Positions 18,805 to 24,000 of a stretch of 24,000 bases of DNA are shown in pieces. How positions within the stretch are numbered: position 1 is the stretch's first letter; every line of letters begins with the position of its first letter. A model generated the notes under the pieces. That model searched no databases, had not been told where the DNA came from, and saw only the letters and a program-made list of their open reading frames with translations. Made by a program: the position numbers and the translations under genes. Source of the stretch: Chania multitudinisentens RB-25 (GTDB taxonomy: Bacteria > Pseudomonadota > Gammaproteobacteria > Enterobacterales > Enterobacteriaceae); NCBI RefSeq assembly GCF_000520015.2, contig NZ_CP007044.2, positions 5,072,294 through 5,096,293 on the forward strand, in the 5' to 3' direction.

Positions 18805-19506
18805 TTATAGCTGGGTTAAATAGAACGCGGCCAGGGCTAAATCCTCTGGCCGAGTCACTTTAATATTATCCGCTCGCCCTGCAACCAGCAGCGGATGATA
18901 GCCACAATGCTCCAGCGCGGAAGCCTCATCGGTCACCATGACACCGTCGTCCAGCGCGCGCTGTAGGCAATGCTTAAGCAATTCCAACGGAAATAACTGT
19001 GGCGTCAAGGCATGCCACAGGTCCTGACGTTCAACGGTATGCGAAATAGCATTCTGACCCACTTCGGCGCGTTTCATGGTATCGCGCACCGGGGCAGCAA
19101 GAATGCCCCCGACTTTACTGTGTGCGGTAATTGCCAATAGGCGCTCCAGATCGTCGGCATGTAAGCAAGGGCGGGCGGCATCATGCACCAATACCCATTC
19201 AGCATCGTTTGCCAGTTGCAGCCCAGCCATAACCGAATCGGCACGCTGCTGCCCCCCCAACGTGGTGCGCACCCGGGGATCCTGGGCAATCGGCAACATC
19301 TGGAATTGATGGTCATCAGGACTGATGGCGACAATCACCTGCGAAATCCGTGGATGCCGCAACAACACCTGGATCGCATGTTCAAGGAGGGTCTGATGGC
19401 CAATAGTTAAATATTGTTTCGGGCAATCGGTCTGCATGCGGCTACCGATACCGGCGGCGGGCAGAACAGCAATCACCTGCGGCAAGGAACTTGCGGAATG
19501 ATTCAT
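18805..19506 (-). CDS. ispD: 2-C-methyl-D-erythritol 4-phosphate cytidylyltransferase
   Basis: 233 aa. [20 protein letters not shown] ... [10 protein letters not shown] ... [17 protein letters not shown] matches E. coli IspD. Confidence 0.93.
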   Translation of the reverse strand: MNHSASSLPQVIAVLPAAGIGSRMQTDCPKQYLTIGHQTLLEHAIQVLLRHPRISQVIVAISPDDHQFQMLPIAQDPRVRTTLGGQQRADSVMAGLQLANDAEWVLVHDAARPCLHADDLERLLAITAHSKVGGILAAPVRDTMKRAEVGQNAISHTVERQDLWHALTPQLFPLELLKHCLQRALDDGVMVTDEASALEHCGYHPLLVAGRADNIKVTRPEDLALAAFYLTQL

Positions 19507-19509
19507 GCG

Positions 19510-19830
19510 TTATTTTTGTACGTTATTTTGCGTGGAAGACGCCGCGCTGCGTCTGGATTGGTCAGGCACCAGACGATAAAAAGTTTCACCGGGTCTAATC
19601 ATCCCCAGCTCATTGCGTGCGCGTTCTTCAATTGCTTCCTGACCGCCGTTCAAATCATCAATCTCGGCAAACAACTGGTCATTACGCGCCTTTAATTTGG
19701 CATTATTGCTCTGTTGAGCCGCTACGTCTTCATTAACCCGCACATAATCGTGAATACCGTTTTTACCCAGCCACAGCGAATACTGTAGCCAACCGAGCAA
19801 TGCAAGCAATAGCAGCGTAAGTTTTCCCAT
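19510..19830 (-). CDS. ftsB: Cell division protein FtsB
   Basis: Start set at the ATG at 19830 ([20 protein letters not shown], the conserved FtsB N-terminus). The track ORF extends 23 codons upstream. 106 aa. Confidence 0.93.
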   Translation of the reverse strand: MGKLTLLLLALLGWLQYSLWLGKNGIHDYVRVNEDVAAQQSNNAKLKARNDQLFAEIDDLNGGQEAIEERARNELGMIRPGETFYRLVPDQSRRSAASSTQNNVQK

Positions 19831-20155
19831 CTCCGCCCCCTGAAAAAACCGCCTAATCATCCCACAACTTCCCGTTTGACTCCACACCGGGAGCGGCATT
19901 TAGCCGCCAGATTCAGAGTAAGGGTGAGAACTTCCTGGGTTTACCATCTTATTTTCACCCGGAAGCGGCAAAAAAACCACGTTCCGCATAGAAAAACTGC
20001 TGCCAACTGGGTTTCATCCTTTTGCCCCGCAAGGCTAGCCACCCAAGGCGTTCTCCGCTGTTTTCATATTTAGGGAAAACAATTATGCATATTTAACACT
20101 ATGAGTATCTTTAGCGTCAGGTAAAGATTGTTTTTTTAATCATTGAAGCTTATTT

Positions 20156-20176
20156 TTATGCACATAGAATGCATAA
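20156..20176. promoter_or_regulatory. Candidate operator: inverted repeat TTATGCA-N7-TGCATAA upstream of the ABC transporter operon
   Basis: ttatgca (20156-20162) and tgcataa (20170-20176), 41 nt upstream of the substrate-binding protein ATG. A related self-palindrome tatgcata sits at 20084-20091. Confidence 0.3.
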
Positions 20177-20216
20177 GCAAGTCCAATATATAACCTTTAA
20201 CCCACGGGTGATCGAC

Positions 20217-20987
20217 ATGTTAAAACGCTTAGTTCTGATTGGTGCCTGCCTGGCAGCCACTCTTTCTACCGCTTCCTTCGCGGCCGAGCCGACGTATGTA
20301 GTCGGTTCCGGCGGCACTTACCGCCCATTCGAATTCGAAAACAGTAATAAAGAACTGGAAGGCTTTGATATTGATGTGATCAAGGCCATTGCCAAAGCCG
20401 AAGGTTTTCAGGTGAAACTGGTTAACACCCCCTGGGAAGGGATTTTCGCCACTCTGAACTCCGGCGATCGCGACATCATCATTTCTGGTATCACCATTAC
20501 CGATAAACGCCAGCAGATGGTTGATTTCTCAGCGCCTTACTTCCCAGCTGAACAGGCCATTGTGGTGCCGAAAGACTCCACGGTGGATTCCATCGCGGCG
20601 CTGAAAGCGCTGAAAGTCGGCGTAGTGAATTCCAGTACCGGTGATATCGTTGTATCCGATACACTAGGCAAAAACAGCACCGCAATCAAACGCTTCGACA
20701 ACACCCCACTGATGCTGCAAGAGCTGTACGAAGACGGTATCGGTGCCGCCGTGGGGGATGTGGGTGTGGCTAAGTTCTATATCAAAACTCACCCGGAGAA
20801 AGAATTCAAACTGGTTTCCGATGCCAAGTTCGAGCGCCAGTATTTCGGTATTGCGGTCGCAAAAGGTAATGATGAACTGCGTAACAAAATCAACGCTGGG
20901 CTAAAGAAAATCATTGCCGACGGGACTTACGCAAAAATCTATCAAACCTGGTTTGACAGCAACGTGCCGACGCTGCCAGCGCAATAA
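20217..20987 (+). CDS. Polar amino-acid ABC transporter, periplasmic substrate-binding protein (GlnH/PAAT family)
   Basis: Start set at the ATG at 20217 (MLKRLVLIGACLAATLSTASFA signal peptide). The track ORF starts 16 codons earlier. Family pattern: PFEF ... GFDIDV ... GITITDKR ... FSAPYF ... QYFGIAVAKGNDELRNKIN ... GTYAKIYQTWF. Confidence 0.85.
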   Translation: MLKRLVLIGACLAATLSTASFAAEPTYVVGSGGTYRPFEFENSNKELEGFDIDVIKAIAKAEGFQVKLVNTPWEGIFATLNSGDRDIIISGITITDKRQQMVDFSAPYFPAEQAIVVPKDSTVDSIAALKALKVGVVNSSTGDIVVSDTLGKNSTAIKRFDNTPLMLQELYEDGIGAAVGDVGVAKFYIKTHPEKEFKLVSDAKFERQYFGIAVAKGNDELRNKINAGLKKIIADGTYAKIYQTWFDSNVPTLPAQ

Positions 20988-21020
20988 TCTCTCACATTTT
21001 AGCCGCATTGCCCCACTAAC

Positions 21021-21050
21021 GCAGGATGAGGCAGCACTGCTTCATCCCGC
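21021..21050 (+). other. Intercistronic stem-loop between the binding-protein and permease genes
   Basis: ggatgaggca (21024-21033) / tgcttcatcc (21038-21047): a 10-bp stem with one G-U pair and loop gcac, extendable by 2 bp after a mismatch. No U-tract follows. Confidence 0.35.
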
Positions 21051-21095
21051 TATTGAAGGCGTATAGCAGCCAGAACAAATCAGAAGGAAGTCCCC

Positions 21096-21860
21096 TTGAA
21101 TTTCCGTTGGGAGATCATTCAGGAATACGCACCGTTATTTATGGAAGGCGCCCTGATGACCATCAAATGCACCATCATCTGCGTGCTGCTGGGCACCACC
21201 TGGGGGTTGATCCTTGGGTTAGGCCGTTTGGCACAAGCGCCACACGGTATCTGGAAACCGCTGCTGCACTATGGCATTCAATGGCCAGTGCGCATTTACA
21301 TCAGCGCTTTCCGTGGTACACCACTGTTTGTACAAATCATGGTTGTCCACTTTGCACTGGTGCCGTTGTTCATCAATCCGCGTGATGGCCTGCTGGTCAC
21401 CAGCGGCCTGATGAGCACCGATTTCGCCCGCGCTCTTCGCTCCGATTATGGTGCATTCCTGTCGTGCGTAGTGGCAATCACCCTCAACGCTGGGGCTTAC
21501 GTATCAGAAATTTTCCGGGCAGGTATCCAGTCGATTGATCGTGGCCAGATGGAAGCATCACGTTCACTGGGAATGAGCTATGGCAAAACCATGCGCAAAG
21601 TGATCCTGCCGCAGGCGTTCCGTCGTATGCTACCACCGTTGGGTAACAACGCGATTGCCATCGTTAAGGATTCGTCACTGGCTTCGGCCATCGGCCTGGC
21701 TGACCTGGCCTATGCCGCTCGCACGGTTTCTGGCGCATATGCCACCTATTGGGAACCCTACCTGACCATTTCATTGGTCTATTGGGTCATCACCTTCCTG
21801 CTTTCGCTGATGGTGCAACATATGGAAAAAAGGTTCGGTAAAAGTGATTCGCGTACATAA
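21096..21860 (+). CDS. Polar amino-acid ABC transporter permease
   Basis: TTG start preceded by aaggaag 6 nt upstream. 254 aa, multi-span hydrophobic. His/Glu/Gln/Arg-type N-terminus [11 protein letters not shown] and an EAA-loop-like segment ([22 protein letters not shown]). Confidence 0.85.
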   Translation: MNFRWEIIQEYAPLFMEGALMTIKCTIICVLLGTTWGLILGLGRLAQAPHGIWKPLLHYGIQWPVRIYISAFRGTPLFVQIMVVHFALVPLFINPRDGLLVTSGLMSTDFARALRSDYGAFLSCVVAITLNAGAYVSEIFRAGIQSIDRGQMEASRSLGMSYGKTMRKVILPQAFRRMLPPLGNNAIAIVKDSSLASAIGLADLAYAARTVSGAYATYWEPYLTISLVYWVITFLLSLMVQHMEKRFGKSDSRT

Positions 21861-22566
21861 CCTGCAAAAACAATTCGGCGCAAGCCATGTGCTGTGCGGT
21901 ATTTCCTGCGATATCGCGCCTAATGAAGTGGTGTGTATTATCGGCCCTTCTGGTTCAGGTAAAAGCACCTTTCTGCGCTGTATCAATGCGTTGGAAACGC
22001 TCTCTGGGGGGGAGATTGACGTTAACGGCTTTGCCATTCACCGCCAGCAAACCAATCTGAATAAGATGCGTGAAAGCGTTGGGATGGTTTTCCAGCGTTT
22101 TAACCTGTTCCCACATATGACCGTGCTGGAAAACATCATCATGGCACCGATAGCGGTAAAGAAATTGCCGCGCAGCGAAGCCATCGTCCGGGCGGAAGTG
22201 TTGCTGAACAAAGTTGGCCTGCTTGATAAAATCGATGCCTACCCCAGCAGCCTGTCCGGTGGCCAGCAACAACGGGTTGCCATCGCCCGGGCTCTGGCGA
22301 TGGAGCCTAAAATCATGCTGTTTGATGAACCCACCTCGGCGCTGGACCCGGAGTTAGTCGGCGAAGTGTTGGCGGTCATGAAATCCTTAGCGCATGAAGG
22401 TATGACCATGGTGGTGGTAACGCACGAAATGGGTTTTGCCCGTGAGGTTGCCGACCGGGTGCTGTTTATCGATCAGGGTATAATTCAGGAAGCAGGCACG
22501 CCACAACAGATCTTCAATCACCCCACCAACCCACGCACTCAGGCATTTCTCAGCAAAGTATTGTAA
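21844..22566 (+). CDS. Polar amino-acid ABC transporter ATP-binding protein (GlnQ-like)
   Basis: GTG start overlapping the permease 3' end by 17 nt. Walker [10 protein letters not shown], signature [14 protein letters not shown], Walker [13 protein letters not shown]-loop VTHEMGFA. Confidence 0.9.
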   Translation: MIRVHNLQKQFGASHVLCGISCDIAPNEVVCIIGPSGSGKSTFLRCINALETLSGGEIDVNGFAIHRQQTNLNKMRESVGMVFQRFNLFPHMTVLENIIMAPIAVKKLPRSEAIVRAEVLLNKVGLLDKIDAYPSSLSGGQQQRVAIARALAMEPKIMLFDEPTSALDPELVGEVLAVMKSLAHEGMTMVVVTHEMGFAREVADRVLFIDQGIIQEAGTPQQIFNHPTNPRTQAFLSKVL

Positions 22567-22570
22567 CCTT

Positions 22571-22615
22571 TATTTCGCTTCTCAAGCGCAGAATCGGTGC
22601 CTGAGAAGCGAAATA
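22571..22615. other. Long hairpin filling the convergent ABC-ATPase / ygbE spacer
   Basis: Perfect 14-bp stem tatttcgcttctca (22571-22584) / tgagaagcgaaata (22602-22615) with a 17-nt loop. No U-tract on either strand, so terminator function is uncertain. Confidence 0.4.
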
Positions 22616-22933
22616 TTACCAGCCACTCAGCCACTGGAATACCAGCCAGAACAGGCCTATTACCGCAGCACCGGTTATGCCCAGCGAGAGAAACAGTTTA
22701 CTGCGCAGCCACATGCTAACGGTGATACCGATCAAAACGGACACGGGCATCAACGCCAGAAACAGCGGCCAAGTGTAGAGCAGAAAAAACAGTGTGTTGG
22801 AACCATAAGCCAGAAAAGGCACCGCAAACGCCAGCCAGTAAAACGCAAATCCACTGACACCACCCAGAAAAAAGTAAGTAGGCTCCTCTGGTGCTTGTTG
22901 CGCATCAGCCAACGTTGGCGTGATATTTTGCAT
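22616..22933 (-). CDS. ygbE: Small inner-membrane protein YgbE (DUF3561)
   Basis: 105 aa, three hydrophobic spans. The YGSNTLFFLLYTWPLFLALMPV block matches E. coli YgbE. Same position (between ftsB and cysC) as in E. coli. Confidence 0.8.
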   Translation of the reverse strand: MQNITPTLADAQQAPEEPTYFFLGGVSGFAFYWLAFAVPFLAYGSNTLFFLLYTWPLFLALMPVSVLIGITVSMWLRSKLFLSLGITGAAVIGLFWLVFQWLSGW

Positions 22934-22987
22934 AGCGCCTCCTGGTCATTCATGTTCTCTTGGCGCACAGTGCAGCAAGCCGAGATT

Positions 22988-23017
22988 AAAAAGCGCATGG
23001 CAAAAGACGCCACACGC
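22988..23017 (-). terminator. Intrinsic terminator downstream of cysC
   Basis: 9-bp stem (22993-23001 / 23009-23017). It pairs fully on the minus-strand RNA, with two G-U pairs. On the plus-strand RNA the same two positions are C-A mismatches. On the minus strand it is followed by tttttaatc. Confidence 0.6.
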
Positions 23018-23027
23018 TTTTTTGAAG

Positions 23028-23657
23028 TCAGGATTTGATCATAGCCCGGCTACGCAGGACGTCTAACAGTTGCGTGGTCAAATTTGTTACCAACTGTTCG
23101 CCATTCAGATGAATATCCGGCTGCACCGGTGCCTCATAAACCGAATCAATACCGGTGAAATTACGCAGTTCACCAGCGCGGGCTTTTTTATACAGCCCTT
23201 TCGGATCGCGCGCCTCGCAAATCGCCAGCGGAGTGTCAACAAACACCTCAATAAAACGCCCATCGTCAAGCATTTCCCGCACCATTTGCCGTTCAGAGCG
23301 ATGGGGCGAAATGAAAGCAGTTAATACCACCAAACCGGCATCCACCATCAGTTTCGCCACTTCACCGACGCGGCGAATATTTTCACGCCGATCATCATCA
23401 GAAAACCCCAAATCCTGGCACAACCCGTGGCGCACATTGTCGCCATCCAGCAGATAGGTGCTGATCCCCAACCGGTGCAATACCTGCTCCAGTGCACCGG
23501 CTACGGTAGATTTCCCCGAGCCGGAAAGCCCCGTAAACCACAGCACCACGCCTTGATGAGCATTGCGTATTTCACGTTCCGCACGCGTTATCGCATGCGG
23601 ATGCCACACCACATTCTCATCATTTGGCCCGGTTGCCCGCACCTGAGTCTCAGCCAC
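23028..23657 (-). CDS. cysC: Adenylyl-sulfate (APS) kinase
   Basis: 209 aa. [21 protein letters not shown] ... [12 protein letters not shown] ... AFISPHR ... [19 protein letters not shown] matches E. coli CysC. Confidence 0.95.
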   Translation of the reverse strand: MAETQVRATGPNDENVVWHPHAITRAEREIRNAHQGVVLWFTGLSGSGKSTVAGALEQVLHRLGISTYLLDGDNVRHGLCQDLGFSDDDRRENIRRVGEVAKLMVDAGLVVLTAFISPHRSERQMVREMLDDGRFIEVFVDTPLAICEARDPKGLYKKARAGELRNFTGIDSVYEAPVQPDIHLNGEQLVTNLTTQLLDVLRSRAMIKS

Positions 23658-24000
23658 GCGATTTCCCTCTTAGCAAGTCGCGCGCTCCCCAATGCGGGAA
23701 GTGTTTGCGCACCAACGCATTCAGTTCCAATTCAAAGGCGCTGTAATCCTCTACTGCCTCTTGATCACTGTTGTGCAATGCTTCACGGATCAGCCCTGCA
23801 CCAACCGTGACATTGGTCAGACGATCAATAAAGATCAGGCCACCGGTATCATGATTGCTCTGATAACTGTCCAGTACCAGCGGCTCATCAAAGGTCAGCT
23901 CCACCAAACCGATGCCATTCAGCGGTAAAACCTCTGCCTGATGCTGTGCCAACGAGTTGACATCCACTTGATAGCGAATACTTCCTACCTGAGCACGAGT
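23650..24000 (-). CDS. cysN: Sulfate adenylyltransferase subunit 1 (CysN), C-terminal part only; the gene continues beyond the window
   Basis: The frame is open to the window edge ([17 protein letters not shown] ... [17 protein letters not shown] ... [22 protein letters not shown]), matching the E. coli CysN C-terminus. The track start at 23967 is only an internal GTG. Overlaps the cysC start by 8 nt. Confidence 0.93.
   Translation of the reverse strand, partial: TRAQVGSIRYQVDVNSLAQHQAEVLPLNGIGLVELTFDEPLVLDSYQSNHDTGGLIFIDRLTNVTVGAGLIREALHNSDQEAVEDYSAFELELNALVRKHFPHWGARDLLRGKSRG

Noticed and set aside
19510-19899. 129-aa version of FtsB, and similarly the 272-aa version of the ABC binding protein (from 20169) and the TTG start at 185 for SlyB.
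   Set aside because: Conserved N-termini or signal peptides begin at the internal ATGs (19830, 20217, 197). The upstream extensions have no homology support.
21026-21385. 119-aa plus-strand ORF overlapping the start of the permease gene.
   Set aside because: It is out of frame with the well-supported permease. It begins inside the intercistronic hairpin, has a His/Arg/Pro-rich composition, and has no RBS.
23650-24000. CRISPR array or cas genes, which lie beyond cysN-cysD-iap in E. coli.
   Set aside because: The window ends inside cysN, and no spaced direct repeats occur anywhere in the 24 kb.

Overview
This is an enterobacterial chromosomal window, Yersiniaceae-like by protein similarity. 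It is not E. coli or Salmonella by gene order. Most of it is conserved core: convergent mutS and rpoS sharing one terminator, then the minus-strand block nlpD-pcm-surE-truD-ispF-ispD-ftsB, then ygbE-cysC-cysN (cysN runs off the right edge).

Accessory or lineage-specific content:
- a SlyB-type lipoprotein and a membrane-anchored alpha/beta hydrolase at the left end
- a two-gene signalling operon: a 1526-aa CHASE/PAS hybrid histidine kinase with REC-REC-HPt, overlapping a REC-GGDEF diguanylate cyclase
- a three-gene polar amino-acid ABC transporter between ftsB and ygbE
- a roughly 2.6-kb AT-rich islet (about 8.2-10.9 kb) pressed against the mutS start codon

The islet is the most interesting part of the window. 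It is bracketed by two diverged direct copies of the mutS upstream region plus the first mutS codons. It holds an intact family-25 glycosyltransferase gene, a frameshifted SDR pseudogene, and the N-terminal stump of a P4-like (arm-domain) tyrosine integrase next to mutS. I read it as the decayed remnant of an element that entered at the mutS 5' end.

I found no tRNA, rRNA, CRISPR array, IS element or recognisable multi-gene defence system. All calls rest on reading the sequence and remembered family signatures. No database search was possible.
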